Positions 20,018 to 30,880 are shown, numbered from the stretch's first letter. The stretch: 59,974 nt of DNA from an uncultured Candidatus Saccharibacteria bacterium (GCA_964392095.1 CAYMOF010000006.1:1-59974), one strand, 5' to 3'. The notes: generated by a model from the sequence alone, not told the origin. Made by a program: numbers and translations.

Positions 20018-20020
20018 GTT

Positions 20021-21523
20021 CTAGTCGTCGTTAATATTTTTTTGCAGTAGTTTAATTACTTCTTGGGGATTAGCCTGGCCTTTGGTTCTCTGCATAACTT
20101 GTCCCATCAGGAATTGGATGGCGCTGGTTTTACCGGCTTTGATTTTGGTCACTATGTCAGGATTATTTTCGATTACTTCATCGACATGAACAGACAGTTC
20201 GTTAGTGTCGCTAACTTGCTCCAGGCCCAGGTTTTTTATGATGTGATCGGGGTCGCCGCCGGTTTTTTGCATTTCATTTAATATGTTAGGAAGTGAGTTT
20301 TTACCGACTTTGCCCTGGTGGATTAAAACTATTAGTTCAGCGAAGTTAGCCGGGGTAATGTTTATCTCTTTTGTTTTTGAGGGCTTCTTTACGATATCGC
20401 GGAGATTACGAAGAATGATGTTCGCGGCTAGTTTAACAAGGGGCTTGATGTCTGCGGATGAAATGTCGTCTTGTTCCTGGTCTAATTGCTGGAGCTCGGA
20501 GACCGTGTTTTCAAAAAATTCGGCCAGTCGCGGCTGGTCCACCAGAATTCGCGCGGTCTGTTCCGGGGTGGCGTATTGACGTATGAACCTTGCCTGCCTA
20601 ACATGAGGAAATTCGGGAAGATCGACTTCAATTTGACGAATTTCCTGGTCAGAAAATTCAAAAGGTGGAATGTCCGGTTCAGGAAAATAACGATAGTCGG
20701 CGGCGGTTTCTTTTTCTCGTTGGGAATAGGTTTCGCCGGCTTTGGAATTGAAGCCTCGAGTGGATTGGTGAGACAAGCTGGGGGGGGTTTTTCTGTCTTC
20801 GGCTTTTTCCCATTCCTTTGTCTGGCGATTAATTTCGTAAGTAAGAGCCTGTTCGACAAAACGAAAAGAGTTTAGGTTTTTTATTTCAGTTTTAGGATTA
20901 AAATCATCAGTCCCCTTTTGCCTAAGAGACACATTGGCGTCGCAACGCATTTGACCTTTTTCCATATCGGCGTCAGAAATATTCAGAAAGCGGACAAGAC
21001 GCTGGAGTTCCTGGAGAAAAATTCTAGCTTGCTGGGGAGTACGTATGTCAGGCTCAGTAACTATTTCTACTAAAGGGGTACCGGCCCGATTATAATCTAC
21101 GAGGGTGTAATCGGCTCCGCCGGGATGTATGTTTTTGGCCGCATCTTCTTCAAGATGAATGCGGGTAATGCCAACAGTGACGGGTTGTCCGTTTTCGGTA
21201 ACGGTTAGATTTCCGTGTCGGCAGAAAGGCTGGTCATATTGACTAATCTGATAACCTTTGGGGAGGTCGGGATAAAAATAATGTTTGCGGTCAAACTTGC
21301 TGTGAGTGGCTAATTCGCAGTTAAGCGCGGTGCCGACAACTTGGATCCATTTTATGGCTTGTTTATTAGGAACAGGTAGGGTACCTGGATAAGCTAAGCA
21401 AACGGGGCAAATGGCGGTGTTGGGTTTAACATCACCGAAGATATTAGGACAAGAGCAAAACATTTTGCTTTTCGTTTTTAATTGAACGTGGATTTCTAAG
21501 CCGATAATGGGCTCTAATTGCAT
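20021..21523 (-). CDS. gatB: Asp/Glu-tRNA amidotransferase subunit B
   Basis: IGLEIHVQL, FDRKHYFYPDLPKGYQISQ, RCDANVS, EIKNLNS, DYRYFPEPD. Confidence 0.99.
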   Translation of the reverse strand: MQLEPIIGLEIHVQLKTKSKMFCSCPNIFGDVKPNTAICPVCLAYPGTLPVPNKQAIKWIQVVGTALNCELATHSKFDRKHYFYPDLPKGYQISQYDQPFCRHGNLTVTENGQPVTVGITRIHLEEDAAKNIHPGGADYTLVDYNRAGTPLVEIVTEPDIRTPQQARIFLQELQRLVRFLNISDADMEKGQMRCDANVSLRQKGTDDFNPKTEIKNLNSFRFVEQALTYEINRQTKEWEKAEDRKTPPSLSHQSTRGFNSKAGETYSQREKETAADYRYFPEPDIPPFEFSDQEIRQIEVDLPEFPHVRQARFIRQYATPEQTARILVDQPRLAEFFENTVSELQQLDQEQDDISSADIKPLVKLAANIILRNLRDIVKKPSKTKEINITPANFAELIVLIHQGKVGKNSLPNILNEMQKTGGDPDHIIKNLGLEQVSDTNELSVHVDEVIENNPDIVTKIKAGKTSAIQFLMGQVMQRTKGQANPQEVIKLLQKNINDD

Positions 21524-21589
21524 ATTCTGTAAAATTTACGGATAGAAAAGCTTTGAGGCCGCTAGAAGATAAGAATAAAGAATTTAGAA

Positions 21590-23149
21590 TTAAGAATCAA
21601 GAATCAGGTTTAAGGGACGGTCTTGGATGAAAGGAATTTTGAGTTTGATGGCGATTTCAGCCCGAGCAAGCTGAATGCCGATGTCGAGAGCGTGGCCGGT
21701 TTGGCTAAACAGTTCCAGTTTAGAAATTTCTCGGCAGAGGTGGTCAGCGCTGGTCGATTTCCAGCTAATAAATGTTTGCCCTTCTGGGCCCTGGAGTTCA
21801 ACGATTATGTTTTTGTCGTCTGTCGAGACAATAAAGCAGCCACGGGGATCAGATCCTTCGCCAGTAAAATTTTCTGTTGAGGCATGCCAAAAGGCGCAGT
21901 CAGACAATTTGTTGGCGCTGTCCCAGTCCGGTTCATAGACATGGGCGGATTGGGAGGTTATTTGAAGACAGCCCACTTCAAAGCCGGTTTGTTTAGCTAT
22001 GAAATACTGTAAGTGCCGAAGGCCGAGGGCGTTAGGGATAGCGGCTTTAAATATGTCGTGACTGCGAAAGGTAGCTAGGAGGTGAAGTTGGCCGTCAAGT
22101 TGAAGGGTTTGCATTTGAGTAAGGCAAGGCGGTTCATCGCTCAAGGCGTCAATCCAGGGAACCATGGTGGTGGCGACTGCTCTTCGGGAGTCTGCAGAAT
22201 TTTTCATGTTGCGGATAATGGATTCAGTGATTTGATTAAGGGTTTTTTTGCTGGTGGAAGCAGGGTAATTCATGAGGCGGTTGCCGTAAGTGTAGGAAAT
22301 GCCCTTGGGGGCTTCCGGAGAAAGAAAAACTTTTTTGTATTCATCGATGGCATCATGGGTGGCTCCAATTGTTTCTCTAAGGTCTTGGGGCCAATCTTCG
22401 GGAGTGTTCAGTTTGTCGGGATCTTGGGAGTTCACAACCCAGGTAACACCAATCAGCTCTTTTTGCATATTGCCGTATTGAGTTCCCTTGACGGTTCCGT
22501 AACGCATTATTCTTTCGACTACTCTTGTCCAAGTGTTAATGATGTCATGTCCATGAATAACCCAGCCCACTTTTTCTGAAGGAAAAGTGAGCAGTTGGGC
22601 GGGTTGGCTATCGGGAATAATTAGCGGATCCATGTAAGGAGCGGCTTCGACTGTGTCTATTTGATTGATTGCTTCTGCCAACGAGTAGCGACTGATGTCG
22701 ATCAATTTTACATTTTTTGTAATCTTAGAAAGATCTTCAGGTCTTATTTCGGGATCAAGTTTTACGCTGGTGCCAATAATAGTTCCTTCATCAGACAGGC
22801 CTTTTTTCCACAGTTGTTTGAGCGTGTTTATTCCCAACACTCCAAATTTAGTATTAGACAAGCGGCCGTGCCCCCAGATATAAAATCTGTTTATGTGAGG
22901 ATTTAGAGCCAGATTGCGAATAATAATATTTATGCCGTAGCAGGAATAGAGGGTGCCGATAAGAGCGGCTTTTTGTTGAAGTTCAGGAGCTTTGGCAAGG
23001 ACTGCTTTGGGTTCGTTCCAAGCGGTGCAAAAGCCGACATTGCCTTTGCCGGTATAGACTTTATATTTTTCCGGCTTATATAGCGACAATGACGAAGTTG
23101 GGCTCTCTTGCTTCTCTTTGACGGATGTTTTAGCCTTAGATGAGTTCAT
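21590..23149 (-). CDS. thyA: Thymidylate synthase-family fusion: MtrA-like N-domain, archaeal-type ThyA, C-terminal DUF4346
   Basis: ThyA core YTYGNRL, SRRAV, PPC, FRSHD..AIPN, SAHVY; N-terminal GTLYS.YGINIIIRNLALNPHI; C-terminal DPRGCF...HALDIGIQLARAE...QD. Confidence 0.85.
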   Translation of the reverse strand: MNSSKAKTSVKEKQESPTSSLSLYKPEKYKVYTGKGNVGFCTAWNEPKAVLAKAPELQQKAALIGTLYSCYGINIIIRNLALNPHINRFYIWGHGRLSNTKFGVLGINTLKQLWKKGLSDEGTIIGTSVKLDPEIRPEDLSKITKNVKLIDISRYSLAEAINQIDTVEAAPYMDPLIIPDSQPAQLLTFPSEKVGWVIHGHDIINTWTRVVERIMRYGTVKGTQYGNMQKELIGVTWVVNSQDPDKLNTPEDWPQDLRETIGATHDAIDEYKKVFLSPEAPKGISYTYGNRLMNYPASTSKKTLNQITESIIRNMKNSADSRRAVATTMVPWIDALSDEPPCLTQMQTLQLDGQLHLLATFRSHDIFKAAIPNALGLRHLQYFIAKQTGFEVGCLQITSQSAHVYEPDWDSANKLSDCAFWHASTENFTGEGSDPRGCFIVSTDDKNIIVELQGPEGQTFISWKSTSADHLCREISKLELFSQTGHALDIGIQLARAEIAIKLKIPFIQDRPLNLILDS

Positions 23150-23191
23150 GTTTTAAGCGTATATATACTATCATAGAAGGCAAATCGATGT

Positions 23192-23764
23192 ATGATTTTA
23201 TCAGATAGCGACATAAAAAAGGCTCTGCGGAAAAAGGAAATTGTGGTGAAGCCGAGGCCTAATCTTGATCATCAGCTGGGTAGTTCTAGTTTGGATTTGA
23301 GATTAGGGTATAATTTTAGAATTTTTAAACACAGAAGAATGCCTTTTATTGACCCGTATGATCCGGAAACCACAAAGGGAATGACGGAAGAAATTAAGAT
23401 TAGCGTTAAGGAACCGTACGTTATTCAGCCGGGCGAATTTGTATTGGCGTCCGTGTTGGAATGGGTGGAGCTGGCGGATGATTTATCGGCTCGAATTGAC
23501 GGTCGCAGCAGTTTGGGGAGATTAGGGCTGGTTATTCATTCGACGGCCGGCCATATTGACGCCGGATTTAAAGGATCGATAACTATGGAAATGACGAATA
23601 TCGGGATGATGCCAGTTTTACTGTATCCTAAAATGAGAGTGTGCCAGTTAGTTTTTGAACAGTTGTCTTCCCCCGCTGAAAGACCTTATACAAAAAAGCC
23701 GGGGGCAAAGTATCATGGGTCAAAGACAGTAATGGAGCCGGTTATTTCAAAAGAAACGATGTGA
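23192..23764 (+). CDS. dcd: dCTP deaminase
   Basis: MILSD, SLDLRLG, GRSSLGRLG, TAGHIDAGFKG. Confidence 0.96.
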   Translation: MILSDSDIKKALRKKEIVVKPRPNLDHQLGSSSLDLRLGYNFRIFKHRRMPFIDPYDPETTKGMTEEIKISVKEPYVIQPGEFVLASVLEWVELADDLSARIDGRSSLGRLGLVIHSTAGHIDAGFKGSITMEMTNIGMMPVLLYPKMRVCQLVFEQLSSPAERPYTKKPGAKYHGSKTVMEPVISKETM

Positions 23765-23788
23765 TTTTAATGAGCTTGGTAAATGTAA

Positions 23789-24032
23789 CAAACGGAACGG
23801 GTTCTGCCGCGGCGGGTGCCCTCCCAGTCCTGCGGCCCGCATTCGCCTCGTCTATCGACGGGCTCGTTGCTCCTTGGCCTGAGTCCTCCCGCCGCGCCAC
23901 CCGTTTAAAACAAACGGAACGGGTCCTGTCGCGGCGGGTGCCCTCCCAGTCCTGCGGCCCGCATTCGCCTCGTCTATCGACAGGCTCGTTGCTCCTTGGC
24001 CTGAGTCCTCCCGCCGCGCCACCCGTTTAAAA
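23789..24032. repeat. Tandem pair of 122-bp GC-rich hairpin repeats
   Basis: 23789-23910 and 23911-24032 differ at 3 positions; each unit is an imperfect palindrome (AACGGGT...ACCCGTT, GCGGCGGG...CCCGCCGC). Confidence 0.95.
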
Positions 24033-24046
24033 TTTGAAAATAAGAT

Positions 24047-24469
24047 ATGGTTCCTTTCAAGGTTAAAAAATTGTCACCGGAGGCGGTGGTGCCGACTAAG
24101 GAAAATCCCAGTGACGCGGGAATTGATATTTACGCCAATGAATCATATACACTGCGGCCCGGCGAAAGACACACTTTCGGAACTGGAGTGGCGGTGGAGA
24201 TTCCCGATGGTTATGTGGCTTTATTCTGGGACAGATCAGGCTTAGGAAGCAAGGGTATTCATCGTTTGGCGGGTGTGGTTGATTCGGGATATCGAGGCGA
24301 GTGGAAAGTGGTGCTTTTGAATACTACTGATGAGCCTTATGAAATAAAAAAGGGTGACAAAATGGTGCAGTGTGTAGTGCAGAAATTTGAACCGGTTGAT
24401 ATCCAAGAGGTGGATGAGTTAAGTGATACAGAGCGAGGGAAAGGAGGCTTTGGGAGTTCGGGTAGGTGA
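24047..24469 (+). CDS. dut: dUTP diphosphatase (trimeric dUTPase)
   Basis: AGIDI, DRSGLG, GVVDSGYRGE, RGKGGFGSSG. Confidence 0.97.
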   Translation: MVPFKVKKLSPEAVVPTKENPSDAGIDIYANESYTLRPGERHTFGTGVAVEIPDGYVALFWDRSGLGSKGIHRLAGVVDSGYRGEWKVVLLNTTDEPYEIKKGDKMVQCVVQKFEPVDIQEVDELSDTERGKGGFGSSGR

Positions 24470-24628
24470 TTTTTCAGTCTCTAGTCGTTGGTCAGTAGTC
24501 TTTAGTTTATTATCATACGGGCGGGGCAAAAACTTGTTGTTTTTTGTGATATTGTTTAGGTGTATCTTTGCCAGGGAAAGAGTGAAACATCTCAAGGCGG
24601 TCTATCACAGCCAGGACGGCTGTGTTTT

Positions 24629-25273
24629 TTATAATGTTTTTTGAACCTTTTGCCAGATTTCCTGGTGAATGTCGGAAATGGAGCGTTGCCGGCCTTGGTT
24701 GTTGATACTGTTTATAACCGTCCATTTTCTTTCTTTGGCCAGCTTTAAGTAACTGCGGCGCGTGGCAATTAGCCTCTCACGCTTTTCGAAATGGTCCTTT
24801 TTTTTGTTTTCTTTAAGATGTGAGACAGATATGTCAACAGGGGTATCAAGCAGTATCACCGTATCGGGCTTAGGTAATTTAGGCTTCTCTTTTTCGCATA
24901 GCCAGGAAATCCAGGTAAGCATTTCCTGTCTCTTTGTGCCACTTAAGCCAATGGTTTGGTAAGCCATTGTGCTGGTATAAAAGCGGTCAAGAAGGACTAT
25001 GTGTTTGCCTTTTTGATTAAGCGTTTTGTGTATATTCTCCAGCTGGGAAAAAAAATCTTGTATGTATAGCAAGGCTTGTTCCCGACGGCTGAAATTCTGC
25101 GAACTGTTGTGTAAGAATTTGTTGTCAATTAGCTGGCCAGTGGCTTTGTCTCGTTGGTGAAAGTGGATAGAGTGGATATTGTATCCAACTTTTTTAAATT
25201 TCTTAATTAATAAATTAAGTTGCGTGGTCTTGCCAGCCGCGTTAATGGCTTCAAAGACAATAAGGGGATTCAT
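24629..25273 (-). CDS. tmk: Thymidylate kinase-like protein (divergent P-loop)
   Basis: FEAINAAGKTTQ, LLDRFYTSTMAYQ, PKPDTVILLD. Confidence 0.85.
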   Translation of the reverse strand: MNPLIVFEAINAAGKTTQLNLLIKKFKKVGYNIHSIHFHQRDKATGQLIDNKFLHNSSQNFSRREQALLYIQDFFSQLENIHKTLNQKGKHIVLLDRFYTSTMAYQTIGLSGTKRQEMLTWISWLCEKEKPKLPKPDTVILLDTPVDISVSHLKENKKKDHFEKRERLIATRRSYLKLAKERKWTVINSINNQGRQRSISDIHQEIWQKVQKTL

Positions 25274-25983
25274 GGGGTCTTGGCGAGTTGAGGTAAGCGG
25301 GCAGTGGCTTTTTCCCAGACTAGTTCGTTAATGAGATCTATAGAGAGTAGTTGACCGTCTCTTACACATTCAACCCTTGTAAAATGATCGGGCTGGGTAG
25401 ATGTCATCCCCTGATATTCGTTATAAATCCTCTCCTGCAAATCAATGTGGTCGGTGGCTTCGTCTTTTTCTGAAAGAATATTTTTTCTATTTTCAAGAAG
25501 CCGGAAGGCTAGTTTGGGGGGGATGTCGAGAAAGATAGACAGATTTTCCCGGGGCATGCCGTTTTTTATGTACTCATATTCACTGACTTCTTCTATTACT
25601 TGGGCGCGTTTTGAGGCTATTTCGGAAGGAGTTAAGGCGCTAACGGCCATATGAGCCAGACTGCTAGGCACATATCTGTCATAAATAACAATTCCCTTTT
25701 GATTAAGGGTGGTAATAACTTCCTGTTTGTGTTCGGCGCGGTTAGCGGCAAGCAAGGCCATTTGTTCCCGCCAGGATAAATCATCCCAGGATCTGTCTGT
25801 GCCTTGGAATAATGCTTTGAGCCTCTGACCAGTTTTAGTGGTGTAGTCGGGCGTGGCAAAACATTTAACCAGATATCCCTGTTTTTCAATTTTTTCAGCG
25901 AAAAGCCGGGCCTGGGTTTCTTTACCGGAGGAATCGATGCCATCGAAAGATATGAGTAGGCCTTTTGTTGAGTTATTTGTCAT
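25270..25983 (-). CDS. tmk: Thymidylate kinase-like protein
   Basis: FDGIDSSGKETQ, LLAANR, IYDRYVPSSLAH, IFLDIP; ATGA overlap with the second copy. Confidence 0.85.
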   Translation of the reverse strand: MTNNSTKGLLISFDGIDSSGKETQARLFAEKIEKQGYLVKCFATPDYTTKTGQRLKALFQGTDRSWDDLSWREQMALLAANRAEHKQEVITTLNQKGIVIYDRYVPSSLAHMAVSALTPSEIASKRAQVIEEVSEYEYIKNGMPRENLSIFLDIPPKLAFRLLENRKNILSEKDEATDHIDLQERIYNEYQGMTSTQPDHFTRVECVRDGQLLSIDLINELVWEKATARLPQLAKTP

Positions 25984-26145
25984 GATTATTTATATGTGTT
26001 TGTGTTTTAGCGGGCTGATAAAGTTTCCAATTTCAAAGCTCAATTTTTAAATAGAATAAAAGGTCTATGTTTACAAGGTTTTGAAATATATAAGTTGATA
26101 ATTTCTCTGAAAGTTGAAAATTGGTAATTGTAAATTAATAACTAG

Positions 26146-26823
26146 TTAGGTAGTGATTTTTATAGAAGGTCCCATAGTAGTTTTAATGAATGTGTCCTTA
26201 ATTAACTCGCCTTTCGCGCCTTGGGGCTTGGACTGGTTTACCGCCTGAATAAAGCTTTTGGCGTTATCGGATATCTTTTCAGGTGCCCAGCTGGTTTTAG
26301 CGATAGCGGCGTGTATGTTGCCTTGCTGATCCATTTTAAATGATTTTTTGCCGCCAAGCAGGTCTTTGATTGTTTCAGCTGGATTAGGAGTAACTGTTCC
26401 GGTTTTGGGGTTAGGCATAAGACCTTTAGGACCTAAGATTTTAGCGATTTTTGCTAATTTAGGCATCATTGAAGGAGTGGCCACGGTGATATCCGCGTCA
26501 ACCGATCCCGTTTGGGATATTTTTTCTATAAGCTCTTCTCCCCCGCTTTCTGTTACACCTAAGGAAGCGACCTCTCTTTGTAGTTTTTTCTCTTCAGTAA
26601 AAACTACTATGGTTGGTTTTTTGGGATTGCCCGCGGGCAGAGTAGCTGTGCCGCGAACCATCTGATCCGATTTCTGGGGATCTACACCAAGATGTATGTG
26701 CAGTTCTATTGTTTCGTCGAAAGAAGAGCGACTGTTGTTTTTTAACCAAGCAACAGCTTCATCGATAGCTATCGGTTCTGTTGGCATATTTTCTTTTATT
26801 TTTTTATAAGTTTTGCTACGCAT
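26146..26823 (-). CDS. rplA: 50S ribosomal protein L1
   Basis: FDETIE, LGVDP, LGPKGLMPNPKTGTVT, TTMGPSI. Confidence 0.98.
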   Translation of the reverse strand: MRSKTYKKIKENMPTEPIAIDEAVAWLKNNSRSSFDETIELHIHLGVDPQKSDQMVRGTATLPAGNPKKPTIVVFTEEKKLQREVASLGVTESGGEELIEKISQTGSVDADITVATPSMMPKLAKIAKILGPKGLMPNPKTGTVTPNPAETIKDLLGGKKSFKMDQQGNIHAAIAKTSWAPEKISDNAKSFIQAVNQSKPQGAKGELIKDTFIKTTMGPSIKITT

Positions 26824-26926
26824 ATGGGTCTAAAATTAAAAACACGAAATAAAGAAATTCGAAACAAATTCTAAGTTAATAAATCATAAACATGAGATTG
26901 TTTTGCGATGTTTTGGGTTTTTGACA

Positions 26927-27391
26927 TTAGAGTTTGTTTTGAGTTTGGGGGCCGGTTTCGGATTTCTGGTTTTGCTTAACAGTGATGCCCATTGATCTGG
27001 CTGTACCAGCGACAATCTTGGCAGCGGCTTTGATATCACGAGCTGACAGCTCCTCGAGTTTGCGCTCGGCTATTTCTTCTATTTGGGCTCGAGTAACAGA
27101 GCCTACTTTTGATTTGTTAGGCTCTCCTGATCCCTTGGAAATGCTGGCGGCCTTTTTAAGTAGTTCGGCGGCAGGAGGGGTTTTAAGCTTGAGAGAAAAA
27201 GAGCGATTAGCGAAAATGGTAACTTCCACAGGGATAATATCGTTGCCCATGTCTTTGGTAGCGGCGTTAAACTGGTTAACAAAGTCTTGGATGTTAACCC
27301 CGTGTTGACCTAAAGCGGGTCCAATAGGAGGGGCTGGGGTGGCTTTACCGGCCGGCGCTTGCAATTTTAATTTGGCTAATATTTCTGGCAT
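26927..27391 (-). CDS. rplK: 50S ribosomal protein L11
   Basis: [29 protein letters not shown]. Confidence 0.98.
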   Translation of the reverse strand: MPEILAKLKLQAPAGKATPAPPIGPALGQHGVNIQDFVNQFNAATKDMGNDIIPVEVTIFANRSFSLKLKTPPAAELLKKAASISKGSGEPNKSKVGSVTRAQIEEIAERKLEELSARDIKAAAKIVAGTARSMGITVKQNQKSETGPQTQNKL

Positions 27392-27469
27392 ATTTGATCA
27401 TTATTTAATAGTTTCTTTTACTAATTATGTCAATTTGTTATTTGGATTTTGTAATTTGAAATTTTACGC

Positions 27470-28084
27470 TTAGGCTTCTTTTCTAATTTGAAGAAAATCA
27501 AGCTCAACGGGAGTTTCGCGGCCGAACACGCTAACCAGAACCTTAACTGTTCCTTTGGCTTCATTGACTTCAAAAATCTTGCCGTCAAAGTCTTTAAAGG
27601 GTCCGTCCATTATCTTAACGGCGTCACCTTCCTGAACATCGATTTTATACTTTGGTTCTTCTTCGCCCATCCGTTTGAGGAGGCGCTGGACCTCATCTTT
27701 GGAAACCGGGGTGGGCGTTGTGCCGGAGCCAACAAAGCCGGTTACGTTAGGAGTATTTCTGACCACGTACCAGGAATCTTCAGTGACTATCATTTGAACA
27801 AGCACATAGCCGGGGAAAAGTCTTTCTTCAATGACACGGCGTTTGCCGTTTTTAACTTTGATCTTTTTCTCCCGCGGCACGATGACTTGAATGATCTTGT
27901 CTTCCATGTCCATGGAGTCAATACGCTGTTTTAGATTACGGGCGACGTTGTCTTCATAGCCGGAGTAGGTATGAAGAACATACCAGTGAGCCTTTTCTTT
28001 GGCCGCAAGCACGTTACTGGCGGTGTCTTGTTTATTAGTTTCTGGGTTGGACTTGCTTTGAGTTGTTTTAGAACCCTTTTTCAT
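27470..28084 (-). CDS. nusG: Transcription termination/antitermination factor NusG
   Basis: WYVLHTYSGYE, FPGYVLV, TPNVTGFVG, KOW domain, FGRETPVEL. Confidence 0.99.
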   Translation of the reverse strand: MKKGSKTTQSKSNPETNKQDTASNVLAAKEKAHWYVLHTYSGYEDNVARNLKQRIDSMDMEDKIIQVIVPREKKIKVKNGKRRVIEERLFPGYVLVQMIVTEDSWYVVRNTPNVTGFVGSGTTPTPVSKDEVQRLLKRMGEEEPKYKIDVQEGDAVKIMDGPFKDFDGKIFEVNEAKGTVKVLVSVFGRETPVELDFLQIRKEA

Positions 28085-28090
28085 AATTAA

Positions 28091-28318
28091 TTAAACGATA
28101 TTTTCTAATACTAGGGTTAGGGTGTAGTCAATTCCTCCAATTACCAAGCCGGCCGCTACGGAAGAGACTATGACTATAACGGTATAGCGGACGGTTGTTC
28201 TTCGGTTGGGCCAAGAGACTTTTTTAAGTTCGTCTTTGGCTTCCTTGATGAACTTTATTATTTTTTGGGGTAGACCGGAAATTTGAGTAATGATCTTTGG
28301 TCGTTTTCCCGATGCCAT
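28091..28318 (-). CDS. secE: Preprotein translocase subunit SecE
   Basis: ELKKVSWP plus one TM; upstream of nusG. Confidence 0.97.
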   Translation of the reverse strand: MASGKRPKIITQISGLPQKIIKFIKEAKDELKKVSWPNRRTTVRYTVIVIVSSVAAGLVIGGIDYTLTLVLENIV

Positions 28319-28363
28319 ATTTTTCTTTAGGTCTTTAAAAAGCCCCCGCGGGCTCTAGTGAGT

Positions 28364-28392
28364 AAAGTACTGTAAAACGCGGAAAATTGCAA
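28364..28392 (-). promoter_or_regulatory. Putative promoter of secE-nusG-rplK-rplA
   Basis: TTGCAA-17 bp-TACTTT. Confidence 0.5.
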
Positions 28393-28400
28393 GTAATGAG

Positions 28401-28609
28401 GGCTCCTCTCACTTTAGTGTGGTGGATAACTTGGGTACGTAGCTCAACAAAGCACCATAGTCGCATTCAACATGATTGCAGCTCGTATTCCTCGTTTCTG
28501 AGGTAGCCCAATTGCGGAAATCGGCATTGTAAAGCAATTCTGGCTTGCCTGCGGGTAGCACACTCTTTATCTCAAAGCACATAAAGAGCACACTTAGTTG
28601 AGAGGAGCC
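28401..28609. ncRNA. Candidate structured non-coding RNA (unassigned)
   Basis: Perfect 11-bp terminal inverted repeat GGCTCCTCTCA/TGAGAGGAGCC extended by AGTGTG/CACACT, several internal stems, no credible ORF. Confidence 0.5.
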
Positions 28610-28637
28610 GTAATGAGGTGGTGATCAATATAGAAGC

Positions 28638-28747
28638 CGCGGGCACTGCCGCGGCAGGTGTCTCCCAAGCCTGCGGTACGCATTCGCACCGCCTTGCGGC
28701 GGCGCTCGTTGCTCCTCGGCCTGGGTCCTCCCGCCGCGCCACCCGCG
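28638..28747. repeat. Full-length diverged copy of the GC-rich hairpin repeat family
   Basis: Shares CCTGCGG, CGCATTCGC, GCTCGTTGCTCCT and GTCCTCCCGCCGCGCCACCCG with the 23.8-kb copies; compensatory changes in stems. Confidence 0.9.
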
Positions 28748-28780
28748 ATATAGTAAAGGAAAATAGAAGTATTTATTATT

Positions 28781-30769
<1,989 letters not shown>

Positions 30770-30880
30770 CTATATTTAAGTTACCACAATTAGGTCTTTT
30801 TGGAAAGTGAATAATTGTCGTTTTTAGTCTATAATATTGCCTATATAAGGCTATTTATTATAATCATGCGGATCAGCGCT

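Noticed and set aside
23761..24030. 89-aa ORF between dcd and dut, and the similar 79-aa ORF at 28618-28857
   Set aside because: Translations of the GC-rich repeat element, not protein-like
23789..24032. CRISPR array
   Set aside because: Two contiguous 122-bp units with no spacers and no cas genes
28319..28620. tRNA-Trp or rpmG usually found upstream of secE; 60-aa ORF 28409-28591
   Set aside because: No cloverleaf or L33 motif; the ORF lies wholly inside the inverted-repeat-bounded element and has no recognisable features
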